A stretch of DNA of 64,000 bases from Candidatus Tayloriibacteriota bacterium. GTDB lineage: Bacteria > Patescibacteriota > Minisyncoccia > Phycocordibacterales > UBA6065. Positions 28,107 through 37,778 of this stretch are shown piece after piece (within the stretch, counting starts at the first letter, position 1; each line of letters opens with the position of its first letter). The notes beneath the pieces are model-generated. The model was not told the origin of the DNA, ran no database searches, and was given only the letters and a program-made list of their open reading frames with translations. The DNA is taken from the NCBI GenBank assembly GCA_016215405.1, contig JACRJQ010000005.1:75560-139559 (forward strand). The letters run 5' to 3'. The position numbers were made by a program, and so were the translations under genes.

Positions 28107-29006
28107 ATGAATAAGATAATCGCATACATAGTCGTCCTTCTCGTCCTTATCGGAGGTTTCTATGCCCTTAATAATTACATATATGAGAAAAAGCAGGCCG
28201 TAGCCGCGCCTTATCCGCGCGACGCGGAATACGTGATTGACGGCAAGCGCGTAAAGCTCTCCGACGGCACGTTCGAGGAGGAGGGTGTCGTCACGACCTA
28301 CTTTGGAAACGAGCTGGCAGAGGATCTCAACGGAGACGGCGCGATCGATACGGCGCTTCTCCTCACGCAAACCAAAGAGGGGAGTCCAGAGATCTTGTTC
28401 TATGCGGTCGCGGCTATCTATACCGAGAGAGGCTATGTCGGATCCGATGGTTTCCTCCTCGGCGACAGAATCGCGCCGCAGACGATCGTGGTCAGCCAGA
28501 ATCCGAGGCACAAGAATGTGATCGCGGTCAATTATGCCGAAAGGAAGCCTGGGGAGTCGTTCGACGTGCGCGCGAGCATGGGAAAGAGCGCGTATCTCAA
28601 GCTCGACCCTGATTCTATGCGATGGGCGATCGTCGAGCCGGATTTCGAAGGCGAGGCCGATCCATCTCGCATGACCCTCGGCATGAAGGACTGGGTGTGG
28701 ATGAAGGCTCTCTATAACGACGGTCGCGAGATCGCACCAAAGGTTCCCGGCAAGTTCGGCATATCGTTTGCAAAGGACGGCCGATACTCTCTAGCGACGG
28801 ATTGCAATTCGATGGGCGGGTCTTATGTCGCAGAGGGTAGAAAGATAGCTTTTAGCCAGGGCATGTCGACCCTTATGTACTGCGAAGGGTCTCAGGAATC
28901 CGAATTCTCTGCGCTCATCCGCGATGTGGAGGGGTACAGCTTCACGTCCAAAGGCGAGCTCGTCCTCGACCTAAAGTTCGACAGCGGGTCGGTGATATTC
29001 AGATAG
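28107..29006 (+). CDS. Exported protein with a C-terminal META/HslJ domain
   Basis: N-terminal TM, DLNGDG loop, and DCNSMGGSY...STLMYCE META signature. Confidence 0.8.
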   Translation: MNKIIAYIVVLLVLIGGFYALNNYIYEKKQAVAAPYPRDAEYVIDGKRVKLSDGTFEEEGVVTTYFGNELAEDLNGDGAIDTALLLTQTKEGSPEILFYAVAAIYTERGYVGSDGFLLGDRIAPQTIVVSQNPRHKNVIAVNYAERKPGESFDVRASMGKSAYLKLDPDSMRWAIVEPDFEGEADPSRMTLGMKDWVWMKALYNDGREIAPKVPGKFGISFAKDGRYSLATDCNSMGGSYVAEGRKIAFSQGMSTLMYCEGSQESEFSALIRDVEGYSFTSKGELVLDLKFDSGSVIFR

Positions 29007-29009
29007 GTT

Positions 29010-29558
29010 ATGGCTAAAGATATTCTTTTTAAAGCGCTCTTGGATTCGTTTGTAGACCACTGGCAGGCGTGGCTTGTCATCTTTTTATTTGTCATTATTC
29101 TTGTCCTCGCCACTTTTTTTCTTCCAAAGGGAAAGGTCTCTATTGGATATTCGTATCGCAGGCGAGACTGTATCATGACCCCATCTGAGCATGTTTTCTT
29201 CAAGGTTATGCTCGATTTGTTCGCCGACCGATACCATGTATTTCCACAAGTCCATCTTGATGCGATTCTTGACGGCAGGGTTTCTGGCCAGAATCCATTC
29301 GGAGCTTTTCGTCACATCAACGAAAAATCCGTCGATTTTCTCATATGTGACAAGTTGAGCGATAGGCCCATGCTCGCGATAGAGCTCGATGATCATTCTC
29401 ACGACAGAGCGGATAGGATCGAAAGAGATCGAGAAGTTGAAAGGATATTCGCCACCGCATCTCTTCCGATTCTTCGTATTAAGATAGAGCAATCGAAAGA
29501 TGTTGAGTCGGTAAGAAATTTAGTAAGGGAAAAAATAGACGGAGTAGCTAACAAATAG
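29010..29558 (+). CDS. DUF2726 domain protein (nuclease-like fold)
   Basis: MTPSE..FF, VFPQV, VDFLICD, AIELDDHSH, RDREVE and LPILR. Confidence 0.85.
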   Translation: MAKDILFKALLDSFVDHWQAWLVIFLFVIILVLATFFLPKGKVSIGYSYRRRDCIMTPSEHVFFKVMLDLFADRYHVFPQVHLDAILDGRVSGQNPFGAFRHINEKSVDFLICDKLSDRPMLAIELDDHSHDRADRIERDREVERIFATASLPILRIKIEQSKDVESVRNLVREKIDGVANK

Positions 29559-29559
29559 A

Positions 29560-29997
29560 ATGGCGAACAAGAAGATAACCATAGAGGCGACGATACACGC
29601 TCCGATAGGGAGGGTGTGGGAGCTTTGGACGAAGCCGGAACATATCATGAAGTGGAACAATGCGTCGGAGGATTGGCATACGCCTGCTGCGACGAACGAC
29701 GTCCGCGAAGGCGGGAAGTTCGATTTCAGGATGGAGGCGAAGGACGGTACGGCAGGATTCGATTTCGAAGGCGTCTATGACGAGGTCGCGACGGAGGATT
29801 GGCTCGCGTATACCATAAGCGACGGCAGAAAGGTCGAAGTGTCGTTCGAGGACGAGGGCGACGGGGATACCCACATCACCGAGACGTTCGAGATCGAGAA
29901 CGAGAATTCCGAGGAGATGCAGAGGCAGGGATGGCAGGCGATCCTCGATAGTTTCAAGGGATATGCCGAGGGCGCTTTTAACGGAAGTAAGTCTTAA
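29560..29997 (+). CDS. SRPBCC/AHSA1-like domain protein
   Basis: APIGRVWELWTKPEHI..W, GGKF, FDFEG and QGWQAIL. Confidence 0.88.
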   Translation: MANKKITIEATIHAPIGRVWELWTKPEHIMKWNNASEDWHTPAATNDVREGGKFDFRMEAKDGTAGFDFEGVYDEVATEDWLAYTISDGRKVEVSFEDEGDGDTHITETFEIENENSEEMQRQGWQAILDSFKGYAEGAFNGSKS

Positions 29998-30008
29998 ATC
30001 ATAGTTTT

Positions 30009-30479
30009 ATGAACAGAACAATAGTAGCGATCGGAGGTTTGATAGTAGTCGTCGTCGTCATTTTTGTCGCTATGGGCAAAAACGATGCCTCGAACGAAGT
30101 CTCGACCACTGCTGGGTTTCGCGTCGGAGCCAATGCTATAAACGTCAACACTCAAGCCGCAGGCGGCAAGATAAACGTCTCCTTCGCCGTCCTTGAAAAA
30201 GGCGGATTTGTGGCGATCCATGAAGCGGTCGCGGGCGAGCCTGGGAGAATCGTCGCGGCGAGCGCTCTCTTGAAGGCGGGCGAATCGAGCGATATCTCGA
30301 TCCAACTCGCCGAGCGATCCGAGGTCGGAGAAAGGTATATCGCGATGCTTCATACCGATGACGGGAACGGCACGTTCGATGAGACTGCGGATACGCCTGT
30401 AATCGAGAACGGCGGTCCGATCATGATCGAGTTCGCGATAGGAGAGACGAGCGAAGATGGGGATCCGGTGACCATTTAA
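30009..30479 (+). CDS. Membrane-anchored hypothetical protein
   Basis: N-terminal TM, GGFVAIH and AMLHTDDGNGTFD...DTP. Confidence 0.75.
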   Translation: MNRTIVAIGGLIVVVVVIFVAMGKNDASNEVSTTAGFRVGANAINVNTQAAGGKINVSFAVLEKGGFVAIHEAVAGEPGRIVAASALLKAGESSDISIQLAERSEVGERYIAMLHTDDGNGTFDETADTPVIENGGPIMIEFAIGETSEDGDPVTI

Positions 30480-30497
30480 CTAGAACTACCGCCAGAC

Positions 30498-31424
30498 ATG
30501 CAAAAGATCATTCCTCACCTTTGGTTCGATAAGAATGCCGAAGAAGCGGTCAGATTCTACGCATCGGTGTTCGGAGACGTCGAGGTCGGTGCGACGACCC
30601 GCTACACAGAGGCAGGGTTCGAAACCCACAATATGCCGGCAGGCACGGTGCTCACGATCGAATTCTCGATAGGAGGCTACGATTTCATCGCCCTTAACGG
30701 AGGTCCGGTTTTCAAGCTCAACCCTTCGATATCGTTCTTCCTCAACTTCGACCCGTCGAAAGACAAAGACGCTGCGAAGAAGCTCGATGCGCTCTGGCAG
30801 AAGCTTTCCGAGGGAGGCAAGGCCCTCATGCCTCTCGACAAGTACTTCTTCAGCGAGCGATACGGCTGGATACAGGATAGGTTCGGCGTCTCGTGGCAGC
30901 TTACGCTCACGAACCCTGCAGGCGACGAGAGGCCCTTCATCGTCCCGTCGCTCCTTTTCACCGGTGAAGCCTCTGGCAAGGCCGAAGAGGCGATGAAGCA
31001 TTACGTCTCCGTGTTCGAGGGTTCGAAGGTAGGACAGGTCGCCCTCTATCCAGAAGACACGGGCGTGCAGAAGAAGGGAGACCTCATGTTCGGAGATTTC
31101 ATGATCGAAGGTCAATGGTTCGCCGCGATGGACGGCGGCGACGTCCATGGTTTCGGATTCAACGAGGCGGTATCCCTGCTCGTCGCGTGCGAGGATCAAA
31201 ATGAGATCGATCGCTTTTGGGAGAAGCTCAACGGGGATCCTTCGGAGGGGCAGTGCGGATGGCTCCACGACAGATTCGGCGTCTCGTGGCAGATCGCGGC
31301 CCAGGGCATGGCGCAGATGCTCAACAGCGCGGACCGAGCAGCGGCCGACCGCGTGATGAATGCGATGCTTCAGATGAAGAAGATCGATATGGCGGCGCTA
31401 AAGAGCGCATACCAAGGGAGATAG
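30498..31424 (+). CDS. VOC-family (PhnB/3-dmu-9_3-mt) protein with a duplicated domain
   Basis: KIIPHLWF, AEEA..Y occurring twice, and GWxxDRFGVSWQ occurring twice. Confidence 0.9.
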   Translation: MQKIIPHLWFDKNAEEAVRFYASVFGDVEVGATTRYTEAGFETHNMPAGTVLTIEFSIGGYDFIALNGGPVFKLNPSISFFLNFDPSKDKDAAKKLDALWQKLSEGGKALMPLDKYFFSERYGWIQDRFGVSWQLTLTNPAGDERPFIVPSLLFTGEASGKAEEAMKHYVSVFEGSKVGQVALYPEDTGVQKKGDLMFGDFMIEGQWFAAMDGGDVHGFGFNEAVSLLVACEDQNEIDRFWEKLNGDPSEGQCGWLHDRFGVSWQIAAQGMAQMLNSADRAAADRVMNAMLQMKKIDMAALKSAYQGR

Positions 31425-31482
31425 GGCAGGAGCGGCTTTATTTGCCTTTTCTTCCAAAAGGTGACATAGTTACCCCCTCATT

Positions 31483-32025
31483 ATGAACAACTTCAAAAAG
31501 CAGGGCGGTTTCGGAGGCGGCAGACGGGACTTCGGACGGCCATCGTTCGGAGGAGACAGGGGAGGATTTAAGGGCGGAGGCAAGAGCTTTGGACGCCCTC
31601 TCGAGATGTTCCAGGCGACCTGCGCGTCGTGCGGAAAGTCTTGCGAGGTCCCTTTCAAGCCTAACGGCAAGAAGCCTGTCTACTGCAAGGAATGCTTCGC
31701 CGCGAACGGAGGCCCAGCGGTAGCGCCTCGAGAGTCGAACGATCGTTTCTCTGACAGGAGGCCTTTCGCTTCGAACGTCCCAGCGGCTCCGGCATTCAAG
31801 GCCGAGCCGTCTAAGGAGATCGGAGAGATGAAAAGGCAGATCGAGACCCTCGGATACAAGCTCGACAAGGTTCTCGCTCTCCTCGGCGAGAAGGCGCAGG
31901 GAGATAAGCCTACAAAGGTAGAAAGGGTAGAGAAGACCGCGGTCCCGGTAGCATCGAACATGCCGCCGGAGCCTGCTGACAAGAAGCCTGTCGCGAGGAA
32001 GGCTCCAGCAAAGAAGAAGAAATAA
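31483..32025 (+). CDS. CxxC-x17-CxxC zinc-ribbon domain protein
   Basis: ATCASCGKSCEVPFKPNGKKPVYCKECF, Gly/Arg-rich N-terminus and Lys-rich tail. Confidence 0.88.
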   Translation: MNNFKKQGGFGGGRRDFGRPSFGGDRGGFKGGGKSFGRPLEMFQATCASCGKSCEVPFKPNGKKPVYCKECFAANGGPAVAPRESNDRFSDRRPFASNVPAAPAFKAEPSKEIGEMKRQIETLGYKLDKVLALLGEKAQGDKPTKVERVEKTAVPVASNMPPEPADKKPVARKAPAKKKK

Positions 32026-32028
32026 GCG

Positions 32029-32064
32029 AATACGAAAGCCCCGCGAGAGCGGGGCTTTCGTATT
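32029..32064. terminator. Intrinsic terminator-like hairpin
   Basis: AATACGAAAGCCCCGC-GAGA-GCGGGGCTTTCGTATT. Confidence 0.75.
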
Positions 32065-32117
32065 ATTCGGCGAGGTAGCTCCGAGCCTTTCTCTCGTTCA
32101 TAAGGTATGATGGATGT

Positions 32118-32219
32118 ATGGCAAAAAGAGCGAATACTAAAAAGAGGCAGACGCGATCGCGCAAGACCGCGAAGCGGCTCGCGATAAAGCACGCGAGGCC
32201 TCTCAAGAAGCGCCGATAG
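32118..32219 (+). CDS. 33-aa Lys/Arg-rich peptide
   Basis: MAKRANTKKRQTRSRKTAKRLAIKHARPLKKRR; TATGAT -10-like hexamer at 32106-32111, 6 nt before the ATG. Confidence 0.55.
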   Translation: MAKRANTKKRQTRSRKTAKRLAIKHARPLKKRR

Positions 32220-32297
32220 AAGACGCTTCGCCCTTCTGTGGGATTTAAGCCTCGTTTCGCTACGAACTAGGTTTTTTGCGTTGAGCTGCAGCCTTAG

Positions 32298-33062
32298 CTA
32301 GGGGACGTACTGCTCTTGGAGCGACACTATCGTCGATCCATTGAGGAGGTATCTGAAGGTGTATGCTTTCATGAATGAATCAGGGTCCGCGAATCCGTCC
32401 GCGAACGCCTCAGAGGTCGCCGGAACGAGTACGGGCGATCCCGGGTTCTCGAATATCGCTATGTCGGCGTCAGGAAGGAGGTTGTATGTCTCGGTGGATG
32501 TCGATATGTTCCGTATATAGAAATCGTTATTGAGGCTCGGCACGCATTCCGCCGCGTCTTTCTCGCCGCAATCGGTATCCTCTGCGGCCTTTCGGTACGC
32601 TTCGTCTCCCGACAGGAATTCGACAGGGTCGATGGTCACAAGGAAGTTTACCCCATTCTTTTCTACGGAGCGGATGAAGCCGAATCTCCTGTCGGCCTCG
32701 ATATCGAGTGCGAGATTCCTTACGAGGATATCCGATTCTCGACGTATGCCCTCTACGAAGACCCTCTTTCCGCCATAGGCGCCCATGATCGTCTGGTTTA
32801 TCGCGACGCACGGCTCTTCCTGCCCTCCGGCGCGGCATATGCTCGATCCATCGAAGGAGATCTTCGCGTCGAGCGCCGGCTCTCCTGGCGCTTCGTAGAC
32901 GAGGTAGAGGGCTCCGTTCACGATCGACGGGTCTCTGTCCGTGATATAGCCGATCTCGATAAAGTCGATGTCTGCGTCCTGCTTTTCGACGGGATCTAAA
33001 GCGATAGCGACGACGAAGGCGATGACGGCCAGTCCCGCGATAAAGACGATTATCTTTTTCAT
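32298..33062 (-). CDS. Membrane-anchored hypothetical protein
   Basis: Start MKKIIVFIAG at 33062, TM helix, paired Cys residues and NDFYIRN. Confidence 0.7.
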   Translation of the reverse strand: MKKIIVFIAGLAVIAFVVAIALDPVEKQDADIDFIEIGYITDRDPSIVNGALYLVYEAPGEPALDAKISFDGSSICRAGGQEEPCVAINQTIMGAYGGKRVFVEGIRRESDILVRNLALDIEADRRFGFIRSVEKNGVNFLVTIDPVEFLSGDEAYRKAAEDTDCGEKDAAECVPSLNNDFYIRNISTSTETYNLLPDADIAIFENPGSPVLVPATSEAFADGFADPDSFMKAYTFRYLLNGSTIVSLQEQYVP

Positions 33063-33206
33063 ATAGATAAATATAGTCCTAGACGCGCCGTCTGCATAGG
33101 GCGCTCCTTTTATATGAAACAAAGGTTCGAACCCTTCGTACTAGGAGCGCGGGCAGATTTCGGAAAGATGCGTTCGATGCGGATCGACTGATACTAATTT
33201 AGACCA

Positions 33207-34016
33207 ATGCATATGCCAAAGAGAATATTGATCGCGCTCCTTATGTTCGTCCTCGGGCCCGGCGCCGCATCGGCGCTCACTCTTTATTCCTATGTCCCCG
33301 GAGTAGGGTACGAGAGCCAGGGCGAATACCAAGCGACGAAGATAGAGAAAGTCGCCGAGAGGGCCTTTAGATCCGTTGTCATAATAGAGGGGTACAGAGA
33401 GTCGCCGGTATACTCCATGGAGCTCGGCGAGGATCCGGAGACAGGGGCCTTTTCGGTGTCCGTGAAAGAGATAGGCGTAGAAGAGAGGAAGGTCACTTCT
33501 GGAAGCGGGTTCTTCGCGACCGGAGACGGGTATATCGTCACTAACAGGCACGTCGTGGACGGCTTTGGCGCCTCGTTTTGGGTGGATACCGGCGCCTCGC
33601 GCGTCCCGGCTTTTGTCGCGTTCCTCGATCCCGTATACGATCTCGCTCTCATAAAGATAGAGGGCGAGGGCTATCCCGCGATACCTTTCGGCGATTCGTC
33701 GAAGATAGAGATGGGCGATGAGATCGTGAGCGTCGGGAACGCTCTTGGGAGGTTCGTGGACTCGGTCTCTTCTGGTCGCGTGATATCGCTCGACCAGACG
33801 GTCGTCGCGCGGGAAAAGGGTACTGTCGAGGTGCTAAGCGGCCTCATCGCTACGGACGCCAGGCTCTATCCCGGAGATTCCGGCGGGCCGCTCCTTAATG
33901 CGCGGGGCGAGGCGATCGGGGTCAATGTCGCGATAGAGGCAGGTACGAACGTGAGCTTTTCCATACCCTCGAACGTCGCGAGGGTCGTCATGGAGAGGGC
34001 CGGCATCGAAGTCTAG
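33207..34016 (+). CDS. Secreted trypsin-like serine protease (HtrA-like, no PDZ)
   Basis: GSGFF, IVTNRHVV, DLALIKI and GDSGGPL: catalytic triad intact. Confidence 0.9.
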   Translation: MHMPKRILIALLMFVLGPGAASALTLYSYVPGVGYESQGEYQATKIEKVAERAFRSVVIIEGYRESPVYSMELGEDPETGAFSVSVKEIGVEERKVTSGSGFFATGDGYIVTNRHVVDGFGASFWVDTGASRVPAFVAFLDPVYDLALIKIEGEGYPAIPFGDSSKIEMGDEIVSVGNALGRFVDSVSSGRVISLDQTVVAREKGTVEVLSGLIATDARLYPGDSGGPLLNARGEAIGVNVAIEAGTNVSFSIPSNVARVVMERAGIEV

Positions 34017-34060
34017 TCTTTCGGTTTGAGGGATTTCTCTTCGAATGCTACTCTCAATGT

Positions 34061-35563
34061 ATGACTAATATGGAAAAGCTCAGAAGTCGGCTCCAGGAGA
34101 TCGCGCGGATCGGCTCTCTCCTCAATATCGCGCTCTGGGACCAGGAGGTGAATATGCCGCCTAAGGCCGCTGATTCGAGGGCTCTGGCCCTTGCGGAAGC
34201 GTCGGGCCTCCTTCACCAGAAGTTCGTATCGATCGATTCGGACGGACTCCTTTCCGGCCTCAAGGCGGAGCTCGATGCGGGAGCTCTCTCGGGAGGCGAT
34301 GCCGTCGTCGTGAGAGAGACGTGGAGGTCTTTCGAGCGCGAGAAAAAGCTCCCGGAGAGGCTCGTCAAAGAGATAGCCCTCACCGCCTCTCAGGCGTACG
34401 AGGTATGGGCAGAGGCTCGCAAAAAAGACGACTTCGATATGTTCTTGCCCTGGCTTCGCAAGATGGTGAAGCTCAAGAGAGAGGAGGCCGAATATGTGGG
34501 CTATGCGGATTCGCCTTACGACGCTCTTCTCGACGCCTATGAGCCCGGCATGACGTCGAAGGAGGTCACGAAGGTGCTTTCAGACCTCAAGGGATTTCTC
34601 GTCCCTTTCATACGGAAGATAAAAGCGTCGAAGTCGAAAGTCGACGACAGGCGCCTTAAAGGGAAATTTCCGATCGAGGCGCAGGAGTCCTTTAACAGGC
34701 TCGTGGCGAAGGAGATAGGCTTCGATTTCGCCGCTGGAAGGCTCGACAAGGCGACCCATCCGTTCGCGACGGGCATCAACCCTTCCGATGTGAGGCTCAC
34801 GACGCGTTATCTGGTCGAAGACGTATTCTATTCCATAGGGTCGACGGTCCACGAGGCGGGACACGGCCTCTACGAGCAGGGCCTTCCTGGAGAGCACTTC
34901 GGGACGCCCTTAGCGGAATCCGTCTCGCTCGGAATCCATGAGTCACAGTCGCGCATGTGGGAGAACATGATAGGCAAGAGCGAGCCGTTCTGGAGGCACT
35001 TCTATCCGAAGCTCCGCAAAGCCTTTCCGAAGCCGTTTAGGGAGATCCCGCTTAAGGATTTCTGCAGGATGATAAGCAAGGCGAGGCCGTCTCTCATCCG
35101 CACCGAGTCCGACGAGGTCACGTATAATCTGCACATCATTCTAAGGTATGAGATAGAGAAGGGGATGATCGAAGGGACGATCGATCCAGCCGATACGCCG
35201 AGGATATGGAAGGAAAAGATGAAGGAGTATCTCGGCGTAGACGTGCCGAACGACAGGGAGGGCGTGCTGCAGGACGTGCATTGGGCGCATGGAGGCATCG
35301 GATACTTCCCGACATATAGCCTCGGGAACCTCTACGCGGCGCAGTTCTATCGGGCCATGAAGAAGGATGTTAAAGGTATCGAGAGGAAGATGTCTCAGGG
35401 CGATTTCATGCCTGTCCTTACATGGCTGCGAAAGAATATCCATTCTCTCGGGAAAACGTATCGCGCGGGCGAGCTCGTAGAGAGGGTGACGGGGAAGCCT
35501 CTCGACAGCAGATATTTTATCGAATATCTTGAAGAGAAATACGGGAGGATATACGGCCTATAA
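34061..35563 (+). CDS. Carboxypeptidase Taq (M32)
   Basis: HPF, DVRLTTRY, HEAGHGLYEQ, HESQS, IRTESDE, QDVHW and GYFPTYSLG. Confidence 0.95.
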   Translation: MTNMEKLRSRLQEIARIGSLLNIALWDQEVNMPPKAADSRALALAEASGLLHQKFVSIDSDGLLSGLKAELDAGALSGGDAVVVRETWRSFEREKKLPERLVKEIALTASQAYEVWAEARKKDDFDMFLPWLRKMVKLKREEAEYVGYADSPYDALLDAYEPGMTSKEVTKVLSDLKGFLVPFIRKIKASKSKVDDRRLKGKFPIEAQESFNRLVAKEIGFDFAAGRLDKATHPFATGINPSDVRLTTRYLVEDVFYSIGSTVHEAGHGLYEQGLPGEHFGTPLAESVSLGIHESQSRMWENMIGKSEPFWRHFYPKLRKAFPKPFREIPLKDFCRMISKARPSLIRTESDEVTYNLHIILRYEIEKGMIEGTIDPADTPRIWKEKMKEYLGVDVPNDREGVLQDVHWAHGGIGYFPTYSLGNLYAAQFYRAMKKDVKGIERKMSQGDFMPVLTWLRKNIHSLGKTYRAGELVERVTGKPLDSRYFIEYLEEKYGRIYGL

Positions 35564-35604
35564 GCGTCGTCATAGCCTGATTAAAAAATAGTTCATATAT
35601 TCAA

Positions 35605-35979
35605 ATGAAAAGATCGATTTCATACATAGTTATCGCCATCATCCTAGTTTTGGGCGCGTTCGCGCTCATCCGCAAGGAGCCCGAAGGGGAGAGCGCTAGC
35701 GGAACAGGGATCTCGGGCGTCGTCGCAGCGATAGACCTCGAGCAGGCCATGGTGGACGGTCCTTATGTCGTCACCGTTCAAGACGACAACGGCTCGGAGC
35801 GCGACGTGAAGGTCCCTTCGATGGGGATAATGCTCTGCGCCGCGCGGGAGAGCATCATGAGCCCGTCAGAGCTTAAGGTAGGCGACAGGGTCGAAGCGAG
35901 AGGCGCGCTTACCGCAGAGGGTGACCTCGTCCCGTGCGAGTCCCCGGACCATTATCTGCGCCTCGCGTCTGAGAGATAG
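35605..35979 (+). CDS. Membrane-anchored hypothetical protein (OB-fold-like)
   Basis: N-terminal TM and ELKVGDRVEARG. Confidence 0.7.
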   Translation: MKRSISYIVIAIILVLGAFALIRKEPEGESASGTGISGVVAAIDLEQAMVDGPYVVTVQDDNGSERDVKVPSMGIMLCAARESIMSPSELKVGDRVEARGALTAEGDLVPCESPDHYLRLASER

Positions 35980-36010
35980 GGTTTACTACGTATAACTTTC
36001 TATCAGAGAT

Positions 36011-36808
36011 ATGAATACAAGGCTCGCCATAATGGTCATTGCGGCCATTGCCGTAATCGCAGGCGCTGTCTGGCTCGGCTCTGGAAAAGAAGCGCCGACG
36101 CTCACGAACGGAGAGGCTCTAGCGCCTGTTTCAGGCGTCGAGGTAGAGGCTGGGGACGTATCCTATTTTCCCGGGGCGACGGGATATTTCGCCAGACCTA
36201 AGGGCGAAGGCGATTATCCTGGAGTGGTCATGATCCACGAGAATCGGGGGATAAACGACGGCGTCCGCGCCTATGCCCGCGAGCTCGCCAAAGAGGGATA
36301 CAGGGTCCTCGCTGTGGACCTTTTCGGACGATCGGTCGAGACTCAGGAAGAGGCCCGCGCCCTTACAGCCGCATTCGACCAGAATAAGGGCGTAGAGAAC
36401 ATGCGGGCCGCTGCGGCGTATCTCCGATCGCAAGGGGCTCAAAAGATCGCCTCGCTCGGCTGGTGCTTCGGCGGCAGGCAGTCGGTAGAGCTTGCCGTAT
36501 CGGGAGAGCCTCTCGACGCCACGGTCGTCTATTACGGAGGAGGCATGGCCACGACGACGCAAAGGCTCGCTCCTATCAAGTGGCCGGTCCTCGGCATCTT
36601 CGGAGATAAGGACCAGGTCATCCCGATCGAGACGGTCCGCGCCTTCGAGGCGTCGCTCGACTCCCTCGGCATAGAGAACGATATCTATATCTATCCCGGA
36701 GTCGGACACGCCTTCGCGAATCCTTCTGGGATGAATTACGCGCCGCAAGAGACGGCAGACGCTTGGCAAAAGACGATAGTCTTCCTCAAGGAGAATCTCC
36801 GGCCCTGA
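36011..36808 (+). CDS. Dienelactone hydrolase family protein
   Basis: GVVMIHE, LAKEGY, GWCFGG nucleophile motif, GDKD and GHAFAN. Confidence 0.92.
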   Translation: MNTRLAIMVIAAIAVIAGAVWLGSGKEAPTLTNGEALAPVSGVEVEAGDVSYFPGATGYFARPKGEGDYPGVVMIHENRGINDGVRAYARELAKEGYRVLAVDLFGRSVETQEEARALTAAFDQNKGVENMRAAAAYLRSQGAQKIASLGWCFGGRQSVELAVSGEPLDATVVYYGGGMATTTQRLAPIKWPVLGIFGDKDQVIPIETVRAFEASLDSLGIENDIYIYPGVGHAFANPSGMNYAPQETADAWQKTIVFLKENLRP

Positions 36809-37020
36809 ACCTTTCTCCCGCGAGCCTCGTAGTATGTCTGCGGATCCTCATTCGCTATCACATAAAAATATGAGACGCATGACACAAAAGACATACAAGC
36901 GCGCGGTAAAGAGCCCCTACTACGGGGCTTTTTCCGTATCGCATCCGCTGGCAACTTTCCCGGCGGCCGTTTCGTCCTAGATATGAAGGTCATAGAGATA
37001 GCTATAAAGAATCCGTAACC

Positions 37021-37731
37021 ATGTTTCTTGCGAAAGAAAGCTCGCGTCCTTATCTTTTAGCAGCCGCGGCTGCCGCCGTCTTGGCCGCGCTCGGTTTTTT
37101 TGCCTATTTCGTCTACGCGGAGAGAGCGGCTCTAGTTCAGGCTCCCGTCTCGACCGATAGGGCAGCGACTTCGACTATGGTTATCCCTTTTGCCGCGATC
37201 CCGACGACAAGGGCAGCAGATCGAGCGAATGAAGAGGTCGTTTCGCCGAAATCCATCGCCGCTTCCGCGCCCGACCTTTCACCTCAAGCCGGCACGCAAG
37301 GGGCAGGGGCTCATGATCCCCTCGGCCGCTTTTGTACGGCGAACGACCTCACAGGGAGGGCGTCGTGGGAGAAAGAAGGGCCTTATCTCTCCGGGTCGGT
37401 CAGGATAAGGAATTCCTCTGGCAGCGATTGCGTCGTGTCGGAGTCGTCGTCTATCGCCATAACGTCCGGCTCACGGGTCGTCGCTTATCTCCAGGCCTCG
37501 CGTCCCGAGACAGGGTTCGTCTTGCCGCAGGGCGAGGAGAGAAGGGTCGGTATTGACTGGTCTAATTGGTGCGGGGGGGCCCTGAGCGAGCCCGCGTTCG
37601 TATTCTTTGCGCTTCCTGGGGAGGCCGGATACCTGAGGGTCCCTCTCATAAGCTCCCTCGGCTCTCCTCAATACGACGCTCCTCCGTGCGGCTCACCGGC
37701 TTCGCCGTCGATCCTTGATCTGCGGTGGTAG
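37021..37731 (+). CDS. Membrane-anchored hypothetical protein (DUF4232-like)
   Basis: TM helix, CTANDL, NSSGSDC and WSNWCG. Confidence 0.65.
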   Translation: MFLAKESSRPYLLAAAAAAVLAALGFFAYFVYAERAALVQAPVSTDRAATSTMVIPFAAIPTTRAADRANEEVVSPKSIAASAPDLSPQAGTQGAGAHDPLGRFCTANDLTGRASWEKEGPYLSGSVRIRNSSGSDCVVSESSSIAITSGSRVVAYLQASRPETGFVLPQGEERRVGIDWSNWCGGALSEPAFVFFALPGEAGYLRVPLISSLGSPQYDAPPCGSPASPSILDLRW

Positions 37732-37778
37732 GGCATCTCCCAGCAGCTAAACGGCCTGTAAAGATTCAGCTTTCCGCA

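Noticed and set aside
33121-33137. tRNA-like T-loop fragment AAGGTTCGAACCCTT
   Set aside because: Isolated short hairpin with no cloverleaf around it.
36870-36980. 36-aa ORF (MRRMTQKTYKR...) as a leader peptide
   Set aside because: It spans a terminator-like hairpin (about 36910-36933) and has no telling composition; cannot be supported.
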